64,000 nt of DNA from Paramoeba atlantica (taxonomy: Eukaryota; Protista; Discosea): positions 62,001-126,000 of the forward strand of contig CDRNVI010000158.1 of NCBI GenBank assembly GCA_977017575.1, written 5' to 3'. Both the position numbers and the translations under genes were made by a program. Below, in pieces: positions 12,018 through 23,334 of this stretch (positions within the stretch are counted from its first letter, which is position 1; each line of letters starts with the position of its first letter). The notes under the pieces are model-generated. The model did not search any database, was not told the DNA's origin, and saw only the letters and a program-made list of their open reading frames with translations.

Positions 12018-13631
12018 TTAAATTTGTTCATTGCTCTGTTGTTCTCCTTCAGAGTCACTTGAATTCATCGAGGGAACACTTCCTTGGCGGCTGAAAAATT
12101 CTTGTGGTGATTTTATCTCCCTCTCCTCTGTTTTCTCTTCTTCTTCTGAAGAGTCCCCTTCTTCTTGTTCCATTTTCTGAAATAAATTTTCCCCAAAGGT
12201 GAAACGAAAAGACTCAAGCTGAGCCATTCGAGTCCCTTTATCACTCTCCTGCTCCATCTCTTTTTCAATCTCCTCTCCTGTCTCAGGTTCTTTACTCTTT
12301 GGTTGGTCCTCTTTTTCTTCTTCTTTACTACTTGTTGTTTCTCTGTTGCTCTCATCTACTTCTTCCTCCTCTCTTTCCTCTCCTTCCCCTTCCTCCCTTT
12401 CCTCCCCTTCCTCCCCTCCTTCTTCTTTCCCTTCCTCTTCTTTCTCTTCTTCTGTTACATCATCTGTTTCGTCAGAAAAATAATCATCAGTTTCACCATT
12501 CTCAAGCTCTTTCAACAATTCAGGACCAAAGGAGAAACGAAATGACTCAAGTTGTGACTGAATTTCCCTTCGTTTCTGATTTTGAGAGGGTTTTTGGGGG
12601 GTTGTGTCAATCTTCTGTTTTGAAATTTCCTTTTTGAAAGGAGAAGAGAATCCTTCTGTGGATGGGGAGGAGGAATTTGGGGTTTTGGGGGAGATAGAAG
12701 GAGCCGGTTCTGGTTCTGGTTTTGGTTCACTATCCGTTTCAAGAGAAGGGGAAGGTGGTTTCGCCCAAGAAAAACCTCCCTTTGATGAAGAGAATGGGGA
12801 TGTGTAACTCGAACAGAGAGGTCGACGCTTCCCTCTTTTTTCGATCTTTTTCACTTCTTTTGGCTGCTCCTCAGTGAGGATCTCTTCTTTCTCTTCGCAA
12901 TTACTTTCCTTTTCTTCTTTTTCTTTCTCCTCCTTTTTTTCTTGATTCTCTTGGGTTCTCTTTTCTTCTCTTACTTCCTCTTCTCTTTTCGTCACCTCCA
13001 AATGAGGAGTTTCGTTTTTCTCTTCTTCCCTCAGCCTCAACAGTTGATCAATAACAACCTCTTCAATCCCTTTTTTCTTTAGTATCTCTCTTCCCACCTC
13101 CCCTTTCCTCACTTTCTCGAAATCAATCCCAGCATGCAATAAACGGTTGACAGAGACAGATAAAAGAGGTTCACAACAGCAATGACGAAGAGCTTTGGTG
13201 TACTTAACACGTGAAATCGAATCCCCCAAATCTGTTTTTTTGTAACTTGGGAGAGGTGGGGGAGAAGAAGACCGAGAGGAGACCGAACGGGAGGCGGAGA
13301 ATGTTTCTCTTTGGGCTCGGAGATCCTGTGCCTCTGCGAGCGAGGAACGAGGAGAACAATCAATTGTATGACGAGAAGAGAGTCGGCGAGTCGTTCGAAA
13401 ATATTCTTCTCGATTTTTATCACAACCAAGTAGGAGATGCCCACAAGTGCAATTCTCACAATAAATCCCACCAAGTGGATCTTTACACCTCCATCCTTTT
13501 ATTCCCGAAAAACAAAGTTTCAGAAACCCCAGCCGCCTCAAAAAAAACAAGACAAAAAAAAAGAGCAAACCAGTGAAAGGAGGAGCAAGAGGTTCCTCAC
13601 ATTTAGAACATTTTGAAGATGTACCACCCAT
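12018..13631 (-). CDS. uncharacterised protein: N-myristoylation-like start, Cys-rich Zn finger, SAM-like segment, acidic tail
   Basis: MGGTSSKCSKC start; one short intron; CxxC...CENCTC; helical LLHAGIDFEKV...KKKGIEEVVIDQLL segment; long open frame. Confidence 0.7.
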   Translation of the reverse strand: MGGTSSKCSKCEEPLAPPFTGLLFFFVLFFLRRLGFLKLCFSGIKGWRCKDPLGGIYCENCTCGHLLLGCDKNREEYFRTTRRLSSRHTIDCSPRSSLAEAQDLRAQRETFSASRSVSSRSSSPPPLPSYKKTDLGDSISRVKYTKALRHCCCEPLLSVSVNRLLHAGIDFEKVRKGEVGREILKKKGIEEVVIDQLLRLREEEKNETPHLEVTKREEEVREEKRTQENQEKKEEKEKEEKESNCEEKEEILTEEQPKEVKKIEKRGKRRPLCSSYTSPFSSSKGGFSWAKPPSPSLETDSEPKPEPEPAPSISPKTPNSSSPSTEGFSSPFKKEISKQKIDTTPQKPSQNQKRREIQSQLESFRFSFGPELLKELENGETDDYFSDETDDVTEEEKEEEGKEEGGEEGEEREEGEGEEREEEEVDESNRETTSSKEEEKEDQPKSKEPETGEEIEKEMEQESDKGTRMAQLESFRFTFGENLFQKMEQEEGDSSEEEEKTEEREIKSPQEFFSRQGSVPSMNSSDSEGEQQSNEQI

Positions 13632-13898
13632 CAACTTTTTCTTTTTCCATCAAGAACAAAGCGGCAAACAACAACAAAAAAACGAAAAGACAAAAAAAAT
13701 ATTAGATTTCTAAAAATAAAAAATTGTGCTAAATTAGAACTTTTCAAAAAAAATTCAAACCATTGGAAAAAAGTACTGGAAGAGTCCAATTTGATTTTAG
13801 AGCTCTATTCAACTTGTTAGCAACCCCACTTTTCTCTTTTTCGTTTTTGGTTTTCTCTTCTTCTTTTTCTTTCCTTCCTCTCCCTTTCACCTCTCAAG

Positions 13899-16538
13899 AT
13901 GGACGAAGAAAATTTTGGAATGCAATTTTCAACTGACTCTGATTACGTTGGTGGTTCTTGGATTGGTGGTGAATTCTATTATGGTATGTTTCCTTTCTTT
14001 CCTTCTTTTTTTTTGACCTCAAACTAACTGACACTCTTCTTTTTTTTTTAGAATCGGAAAAGAAAAAACGAAAATTATCAAAAAACGATACGATTTATGG
14101 AATTTGGAATGAAGGAGAAGAAGAACGAGAACAATCACGATCTCACGGAAAAGCGAATTTCTCTCGTCCAATGAATTTTATTTCAAAAGGAATGGTCACT
14201 CAAGACGAATCAAAAGAAGAAAAACAATCCTCTGATGAAGAAGGAAACCTGAGCGGGTCAGACGAAGATGAAAACACAATCAACCCCTTCAACCTGCTCC
14301 CCACAAACTTTGGAAAACCCCCTCCAAAGACAAAAAAGGGAGAAACGAGCAGCCAAAACCAATCTCTCTCGCGAGAGAAGGATCGTGAATTGGGAGAACA
14401 ATACGGAATTGGTGCAAAGTTATTGAAAGGGATGGGATGGAAAGGAGGAGGTCTTGGTGTTGCAGAGAGAAAGGGGAGAGATGCTCCTCTTGATGTTTAT
14501 ATGAGGAAAAAGAATCAGGGTTTGCAGGAAGGAGAAAGACCAAAGACGAAAGAAGAGAGAAGAAAAGAGAGAGAAGAGAAAGAAAAAGGAGGAAAAAAGG
14601 GGAAGGGTAAAGCAGCTGTTCAGTGGAAAAAAAGAGAGAAGAATATCCCTCCCCCAAAGATTGTGTATAAAACTGCAAAAGAACTCTTGAACGAAGAGGA
14701 GAAGAAAGAAGAGAAACAACACATTATTTATGATATGACGGGAAAAGAGGAAAGAGTAACTTCTGCTTCTCAGGCCTTTCGAGGAGGAGGTAAAAATTTT
14801 AATCTATTTTTCTTTTCGAATTTTTTTTTCTTCCCCCTTGTTTTTTTCTCTTCTCAATTTTAACTCTCTTTTTCTTTTCTTCTCTCTCTTTTTAGATGCT
14901 GTTGATTTATACTTTGATCCCTCCAATGCTCCGCTAGAGATGCCAGAACTCCCTCATAATGTTCGAGAATTGGTTCAAGTCGCGGAATTAGAAATTTTCG
15001 AAATTGATTCGAAATTACGAAACCAACACCAAGAAAGAAAAGCAATTGAGAGACAATTCCTTCAATTGAAAGAAAGAAGTGAGTTGGAAGAGAAAGAGCT
15101 CTCACGTTTACAAGAATTATCGAATATTTTGACTCATTGTTCACAACAAACTGCTGTGACATCTTCAGAGAACCCCCCCTCGATGTCCCCACTCGCTCTT
15201 GCAAAGGTCTTTGATCTCTTATTGTTGAAATACCCTCTCGAGTATAAGATGCTTGAACTCTCAGAGATTGGTTACTCTTTTCTTTATCCTTTCTTGAAGA
15301 GGGAGATCCTCTCAAAGTGGGATCCTTTAGTTCATCCAGCGAGGTTTCTTGATATTTATAAAGAGTGGCAAAGATTGTTTGAACAAGGAAAAGAATTAGA
15401 AGGGACGGCAGTACTAAGAGGAGGGAGAAATCCATCAGTTTCGTGTCCAGGGGGGACGATTTTCTTCCGTTTTGTTCGTGATTTGGTCTATGAAAAATTT
15501 CGATCATTTATCGTGAATGATTGGGTGGTTAAATCTCCTTCAAATCCATGCCATCTCTTCGAAATTTGGTTTGATATCTTTCCTCGTGCGTTGACAGCAA
15601 GCATATTACAGCAATATGTTCTTCCGAAATTGGAGAGGACTGTGGAAGGGTGGAATCCGCGACAGGAGGCGATTCCCATTGATGTTTGGCTTCACCCTTG
15701 GATTCCTTTTCTCGGTGATTCTTTGCAATCTCTTTATCCAACCATTCGTCATAAGATTTCTGAAGTATTGAGTATTTGGCATCCTTCTGATCTGACTGCA
15801 CACACCATCCTCTTGCCTTGGAAAAATGTCTTTGATCGTCAGAGTTTGGATGTTTTATTGGTGAGATCTGTCATCCCGAAGCTTGCGATGTGTTTGCGAG
15901 ATTTTATAATCAATCCCGTCAACCAGGATCTGCAGCCTTTAAAATGGGTGATGTTATGGGAAGACCTTCTTCCTTCCAATGTTTTTGCGATGCTTTTCGT
16001 TAATGAGTTTTTCCCCAAGTGGCATCAAGTACTTTGTGCCTGGCTCTCGAATCAACCAAATTATGATGAAGTTTCTCGTTGGTATTCAGGATGGAAAGAA
16101 CAATTTTCTGCTGATCTTAAATCCAAAGATGTTATTCGAGCTCAATTCAATCATGCTCTACAATTAATGGAACAATCTCTCTCTGGCTCTCAAACAATTC
16201 ATTATGCTCCTCCTCCAACAACCCCTGCTCCACCTCCTGGTCCACCGCCTCCCCCCTCTCCTCCCTCTGACGAGGAACCAGAACCTCCTCCACCTCTTCC
16301 GAAAACGTCCCTTGCCTTTGAGAAATACAACTTGAAAATGAGTTTCAAACAGGTTGTAGAAAAATTCGCTGAGGATCATGATACTGTTTTTATGCCTGTG
16401 CCGAGGAGGTTGCATGAGGGAAAACAAGTGTACAGTTTTGGAAATTGTTTGGTATTAATTGACCAGCAAATGTTATTGAGACAAAGTGAAGGCAAATGGG
16501 TCCCAGTGAGTCTGAATGAATTGTTAAATTACAAGTAA
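13899..16538 (+). CDS. TFIP11: Tuftelin-interacting protein 11 / Ntr1 (G-patch spliceosome disassembly factor)
   Basis: N-terminal GGEFYY/DTIYGIW/RPMNFIS, G-patch GIGAKLLKGMGWKGGGLG, GCFC domain (WIPFLGD, IRHKISEVL), C-terminal GKQVYSFG. Confidence 0.92.
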
Positions 16539-16689
16539 AATCAAAAGCAAAACCAACCATTTTGTTGTTTTTGTCCCAAATTTTTAGAGCTCCAAATTTA
16601 GCGGAAACTCTTGGGTCCACTTGCTGTCTTTTCGTTTTGTTTGGTTGGTCTTGCTTGTTTGTTTTTGAAAATTTGGTTTCACAAAAAAA

Positions 16690-19109
16690 ATGTCAGAACT
16701 ATTACTTGAAGCTGTCGAAGAAGGGGATTGTGAGAAAGTGGACCAAATCCTTTTGAATCCAAAAGTGAGCATCAGTCGCCCTCCTCGCTGTCAGGTCTCC
16801 TCTTCTTTCTGAGTTTTGTTTTTATTATCTTTTTCGTTGCTGAGACAAAACGGAGAATAGGGAGGGATCACTCCTTTGATCAAAGCATGCCAAATAGAAG
16901 ACTTGAAAATGGTTTCTTTTTTAATCGATAAAGGAGCTTCTATGAAGAGTGTGACTGTGGTATCTCTGTTTTTCTACAAAATGTTCTTTTTTTTGGGGGA
17001 ACTGAATATCTTTATTTCTCCACAAAGGAGGGAGCAACTCCTTTGGTTGTCGCCTGTGAGCTTGGAAATATCGAACTTGCTGAACTTCTCTTGGAGAAAG
17101 GATCTCCTTTCTGTGTAAGTCCTGTTTGTACTTTCTTTTTCTCCGCCACTCCTTGCTTGGAAACAAACCCCTCTCTTTCAGATCAAAAAAAGTCCCCTGT
17201 GCACAGCCAGTAAACAAGGAAACATTGCATTAGCAAAGTTTTTGATTAAAAAGGGAGCAGAATTAAACCAAGCAAAAACGGTTCTTTCTCCCATTTCACA
17301 AAAATTACCTTTTTCTTGATGTTTCCCAATTGAATAGGGAGGGTTGACTCCTTTGTACATTGCTTGTTTGGATCATAATATAGAGATGATCGATCTTCTC
17401 GTTCGAAAAGGAGCAAACCCCACCTATCCTTCAAAGGTTCCATTTCTTCCATTTTTGGGGGGAGCGGTGTTTGTTAAAATAATGTGCTAGGATAAAATGA
17501 CACCGCTCCATTTGATGTGCTTAGAAGGGAATTTAAAAATTGGCAGAACTTCTGATGAACAAGGGGTCCATTGATAACATTGATGCGAAAAGAAAAGATG
17601 TTCTCTCTTCTCTTCAAAAAGCAAAAAAAAAAATGCCCCCTTACTGAGAACACATTCAAACAGGGAAATTCAAGTTTGCACTTAGCATGTGAAGAAGGAC
17701 ATTTAAATGTTGTTGCCTCATTAGTCGATCGAGGGGCATCCATGAATCTCCCAAACAAAGTGGTTTTCTCTTTCTTTTTGAGTCTCAATTGGACTTACTG
17801 AATATTGGATAATTAAGCGGGGTTTGACTCCATTTCACGTTGCAATTGGACAAGGACATGTGGATATTTTAACCCTTCTTGAACGAAAGGGAGCTTCGAT
17901 CCGAGTTCAGAGATCAGATGGCCTCATTCTCGCTTGCCAAAATAAACATATGGATGTTGTTTCTTATTTAATGGAGCATCGCAAAGAGGTTCGTGAAAAC
18001 GATGTGATTCTATGAAACTTCAAATTGAGCTAAAAAAGATGATTAGGAGCTAACTGTTGCCCCCCTTTATTTTGCAATCACTCATGGTGACATTGAGTTG
18101 GTTCGATTCTTAATTTCAAGGAATTGTCCTATCAACGGAGTGGACCAGGAATACATACGACTGCACTATATGGTAAAACACCATTTTCCAATTTGTTTCC
18201 TCTTTCTCACACTCTCATAAATTCAGTGTTCTTGGTCACCTTTGATCATGGCTTGTTCGCATTACAAGTTTCAAATCGCTGAATTATTATTGCAAAACGG
18301 AGCCCAACATACTTTTCAGCAATACAGCGCCCTTCATATTTGTTGTCGATCGACCGGTTTCGCTTTTCGGGTGATAAGGTGCTTAGTGGAACAGGGTGCG
18401 AATGTCAATGAGATATCTCAGGCTCAGGTAACTTGGCCAAATCCTCCTTACCGCTCTCCCAACCACTGATCCATTCCATTTCAAAACAGGATCTTACTCC
18501 TCTGATGTGTGTTTGCCTATCTCCATGCCAGGAAACACTCGAAAGAATCACTCTCTTGTTGAAAAGTGGCGCGAGGGTCAATGAAGCAAACGTGGTAATC
18601 TCTGATGTTTTCCCTTTTTGTGAGACATTAAATTCGTTGTTTTGACCAATGGTTTCTAACACAGACCGGACAAACCGCTCTCCATTTCGCTGCCCGGTTT
18701 AATAGCTTGGAAGTAATAAAACTCTTGTGTGAGAATTGGAATGCTGATCCTGACCTGAAAACCTCCCGAGTTTGTTGAATGAGAGAAGACTAAAATTCAC
18801 TCTTTTTGTCTTTGAAAAAGCAATTCATGATATTTTGCAGGGGCTCACGCCAGCTGATGAAAGTAATAGGGAGGGTGTAAAGAAATATTTAATGGTATCC
18901 CGACCTTTCTTTATCAGTTTTTCCTTTTCTCAAACTTTCAACAGGAATTCATTCGAATTGATGGTTCCATTAAACCTGCGAAAAGAACAGAAAATAAGAA
19001 GCTCGAACTGGGAGGAGAAGAGGAAGAGAGTAAAAAAAGAAAAAATCGAGATGAATCAGTTGTTTTTGGAGAAAACGAACCCAAAAAACCTCGATCAGAA
19101 ATTGATTGA
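16690..19109 (+). CDS. multi-exon ankyrin-repeat protein; apparent +1 frameshift at 17535-17539
   Basis: Repeated TPL(H/F/V)...G...(A/V)ELLL..GA units, roughly one repeat per exon; last exon EFIRIDGSIKPAKR...KKRK...KKPRSEID*. Confidence 0.82.
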
Positions 19110-19203
19110 ATTGAGTTCAAGTCAGGTTCCTTTTCCCCAACTATTTTCTGATTTTCGTGATGATTCTGTTTGAAGTGAAGATCAGGTTGGGGAGAGCGAA
19201 ATT

Positions 19204-21969
19204 TCATTTCTCTCTTTTTTCTCTTTTCTTGGAACATAAGATCCGATAACGCATACACCGCTCTTCATCGGGCCAAGACATGAAACCTCTGAAATAATCA
19301 AATAAGTATTGAAAAAATTGATTGAAAAGAAACAAAAAAAAGGAACTAAAAAAAACCTCAGAGAAGATGGAGAGAGATCATGGAGGGAGAGATCTGTTTG
19401 TGGGGAGACTTCACCAATGATACATAAATCCTTAAATGTCGCATCAGATTGCCAATTGACATCTCTAAAATAATTATATTAACCCAAAAAAAACAAACAA
19501 TAAACTTTTTGATTTTGAAAAATGAAAGAAAGAAAAGAAAAAGAAAACTGCGCGGCTTTGTGGAGTTGATGGACACAAAAATGGAGACTTTGATTCATTG
19601 ATTTCTTAATCATTTCAAACTCTTTCATTGGTTGAGTTGTTTTTGCGCCAAGGACATCTTCAAAAAGAGATTTCCAATTACTTCGAAGATGTGGGCTTTC
19701 ACATTCTCGATATGATTTACATGGTTTGCATGTCCCTCCCTTTCGAATGAGAAAGAAAGATTCAAAAAAATACAAATTAAAATTTAAAAAAGAAGTAAAT
19801 CAAACATTATATTGTGTGTTGAGTGGACCTTTCGCCTGCAAAAACGAAATGAGAAGAAAGTCAATAAAAGAGAAGAGGGAGAGAAATCAAACGCTATGTT
19901 CAAGCCGCAGTACACAAAATGGAAAAGTGCCCTATCAAAAAGAAAAAACAACAAAAAACAACTGTTTTTCAGCCAAAAAAAAATGAAAAGAAAACAGAAA
20001 AAACGAATTAAAATTCTTTACTTTCTTTACACACAAGCCTAAGGCAGCCAACTCTAATTGTAATGATTCTTCACTATTTTTTGGTGCCCTATTCATTTTG
20101 TTTTATTAATATTTGATTTGGGAAAGAAAGAGAAATGAGAGAGAGAGAGAGAACAAGGCAGGCTTTGCCAATTGAAGAGACTCAAAACGATTATTGGCGA
20201 GAAGGACCGATTTTCTCCTGTTTTTCAAATTTAAATTTTTTCTTGAAATTAAATAATTTAAATACACAACAAACAAATGGTAAAAGCATTTTAAATACAC
20301 AAACAACATACGCACAAGAAGAAGAAGAAAAAGAAAAAGAAGAAGAAGACAAACCCTCCCATTAATAATCGATCATTCCAACCTCCATAGGTCCATTGTT
20401 TTGGTAAATAAACACATCCATCTGAGCGTTTATTCTCTCTTTTTAGAAGGAAGAAGAAGAAAGGAAGAAAAAGGAAGAAGAAAAGAAAGAAAAGAGGAAA
20501 ATGTGTGGGAAAAAAGAAAAAGAACCTTGAAATGAGAGATCAAAATTTGGAAGAGATTTCCAAAGTCCATCAACTCGACTTCTGAGAACTAAAAAAGAAA
20601 AATCAATTTGGGAAAAAAAAATGAGAAATTGATTAAAAAGAGAAATAGATTTTTTGAACAAACTTGAATCATATCGAAAACCTTCTTTTTCTTCCTCTTC
20701 TAAAATCATCTAAAAAATCATAAAAAAAACTCATTTAACAGCATTCAAAAGAAACGAGAACAAAAATGAAAGGAAGAAAAAAAGGGGAGAAAGAGAAAGA
20801 GAAAGAGAGAGAAAGGAAAAGAGAGAGAAAGAAGAGAGAGAGAGAGAAACCGTATTACAAGAAAGAGTCAAATTAAACAAGGCATAAATTCCATCACTCC
20901 CCGAGACAGCATTTACAGGCATTAAAATATCTTGAACTATTTCTTTTGTTTAATTATTTATTTATTTTATTTTCTTTTCTTTTATTTTCTTTTCTTTTAT
21001 ATTTTAGATTTTTTTTATTCTTATTTCTCAAGGAAAATGAAATCAAAAAAAAAACAAAAAGAGAAAAGAGAAGAGAAAAAGAAGAACTTGGAGAGAAATG
21101 AGAAGGGTATTGAATAGGCATTTTAATGGAAACAAGGCGAGTTTTTTGAGATTGGAGTTCTTTATTTAATATTTCGATTTGTTTTGAAAGAAGAATCAAC
21201 TTGAAAAAAAGAAGAGAAATGGATTAAATTATGATTTAGAAAGAAAGGAAAAGAAAAGAAAAGAAAAGAAGAAAAATAGAAAAATAGAAAAATAGAAAAA
21301 TAGAAAATCAAAAAAGAAAAAAGAAAAAGAAGAAAGAAAACCAAAAAAAAAACCTTGAATGAATCATGATTTAAAAAAGAAGAAATAAATAAATCAACTC
21401 TCTTTGATTGTTGAGCAACTCTTTTAATCAGAAAATGAACCAATCCATAAACTAAAACAATAAAAACAATTTAATAAAAACAATTTAATAAAAACTATTT
21501 TAACCAAAAAAAAAATGATGATTTGAATAATTTAATCATTTAGTAATTTAATAATTAATAATTTAATAATTTAATAATTGAAGAAGAACTCTTGATTATT
21601 TCTTGGAATAAAAAGAAAAAGAAGAAAAAGAAGAAAAAGAAGAAAAAGAAGAAAAAGAAGAACAAGAAGAAAAAGAAGAAAAAGAAGAAGAAAGAAAGAA
21701 AGAAAGAAAAGAATGAAAACCAGTGAGATCAAGTGAACGAAGTTCCCCCATCAAACAAACTGCCACAACTGGTTCTAGAAAATAGAAAAGAGAAAGAGAG
21801 AAGAGAAAAGAAAAAGGAGAAAAGAATGAAAAGAGAAGAGAAAAAAATTCAAAAAAAAAAAAAAGAAAACAAAACCTTTTCTCACATTTTTTCGAACTTT
21901 TGAAAAAAGAAAAGAAGGAAAAAACAAAACAAAAAAGAAAAAGAAAAAGAAAACAAAATTTCTTCTCAT
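19204..21969 (-). CDS. same secreted family, paralogue 3
   Basis: VVAVCLMGELRSLDLTG, RVDLFISSFLNHDSFK, RSRVDGLW, GGWNDRLLMG, GGTCKPC, RDVNWQSD, RGFMSWPD; long A/T-rich introns. Confidence 0.68.
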
Positions 21970-22011
21970 CAAAAAGAGAAAGAAAGAGAGAAAAAAAGAG
22001 AAAAAAAAACT

Positions 22012-22280
22012 ATCACGAAAAAGAAATCTAAATTTAGCGTGAAAAATAGATACCCAAATTTAGCGACTAAATCAAATTATTCTCTTTTTGGTAAAAAAAA
22101 TACTTGTATTTCCCCCAATTTGATTTTTCTCTACTTTAGCGCCTTTTTTCTTTTCTCTTTCTTTTTCTTTTTTTTCATTTTGTTTGGATGGCGATGGCAA
22201 ACCGAAAGAGAAGAAAGGAAAAGGCTTTTGACCCAATCGGTTCTTCTTTGGTTCCGAAGGTTTTTTCTTTTTCTTTTTGT
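22012..22280 (+). repeat. copy of the HEATR3-like promoter, exon 1 and donor (original at 27112-27381)
   Basis: Near-identical direct repeat of about 265 bp including ATGGCGATGGCAAACCG...GTTCCGAAG-GT. Confidence 0.92.
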
Positions 22281-23197
22281 TTTGGCGATGAGAGTGCTCG
22301 TATTCTTTCTTTTGTTGTCTCTGATTCAGCGACGGCACTGTTCTCTTCGCTCCTTTTTTTTTTTGAAATTTATTCCCTTGCCAAGGGTTCAGAAAGAGGA
22401 GGTTCAGAGAGTTATACTGCAGTCAGGAATATCCTGGGGCCCCTTCAGGAAGAAGGAACTGTAGGGTGAGAAGAAAAAGGAGGAATTACTTCTGGGAAAG
22501 AAGAGGGAGGGGTTGAAATGTCGTTGGGATCAATGCAAGAAGTGAAAGAGAAAGAGTAATGTCGCAAACTCGAATCTGCTGGGGTTAATGCCTCTCGCAC
22601 CTTGGACATGTAGACGGCCATTGCCTTCATCAAAGCAGCTGATATTTTCCTCTTTGCTCTTCAAGAAAAGCTGCAATGGATTACTGTCCAAGACCTTTCC
22701 GTTCCGTAGAGCGATTGAAGCAAGTGATTTGAGAAGGGAGGAGATATCAGGGGAGACACCACCACCAGAAGGAGAGGCTGCTGGGAGAAAGACAACATCC
22801 CCTTGTATGTCGGACAAGATAATCTGCTTCAGGGTCCGCTGCTCCTCACATGAGTGTGATTGTTTTTTGGAGAATAGTCAACTTGGAACCCCACCCTGTC
22901 ACAACTTGTATTAATGCAACGGACTATCCTGTTGAATGTTGTCCTAATCCTTTTGCAGTTGGTGAAGATTCTGGAGAATGTGTTGTCAGGTTCCACCTTT
23001 CTTTCCCAATTTTTCCATTTTTATTTTTTTCGTTCTTTTCTTTCTTGATTCTCTTTTTTAGTTTGCCCTCAATTTTTTTTTCACAAAATTGAAAAAAATT
23101 GAAATCAAAATCTGAACCAAAAAATAGGTGGCCCAAAGAAACAACAAAGAGAGATTGAATAAGAATTTTTGGCAAAAAAAAAAAAAAAAAGGGGAGA

Positions 23198-23268
23198 AGG
23201 TCCTACCGAGGATCGAACTCGGGGCACGGGAATCAAAACCCCGTATGTTACCACTACACCATAGAACC
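23198..23268 (-). tRNA. tRNA-Gln(TTG)
   Basis: GGTTCTA/TAGGACC acceptor, CGGGG-TTTTGAT-TCCCG anticodon arm, TTCGATC T-loop. Confidence 0.93.
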
Positions 23269-23334
23269 ATTTGTTATGTTTGTGCCAAAAAATTATGACA
23301 GTCTTGTTTGTTGTTTTGGCTCAATTTGGTTTGG

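Noticed and set aside
18895-18944. U12-type intron (GTATCC donor)
   Set aside because: GTATCCCG lacks the full GTATCCTT consensus and no TCCTTAAC branch site is visible.
22381-22990. RIP-like mutated ORF (reads plausibly if stops are restored to Arg/Gln)
   Set aside because: About 9 stops in 200 codons is what random sequence gives; no recognisable domain in any frame.
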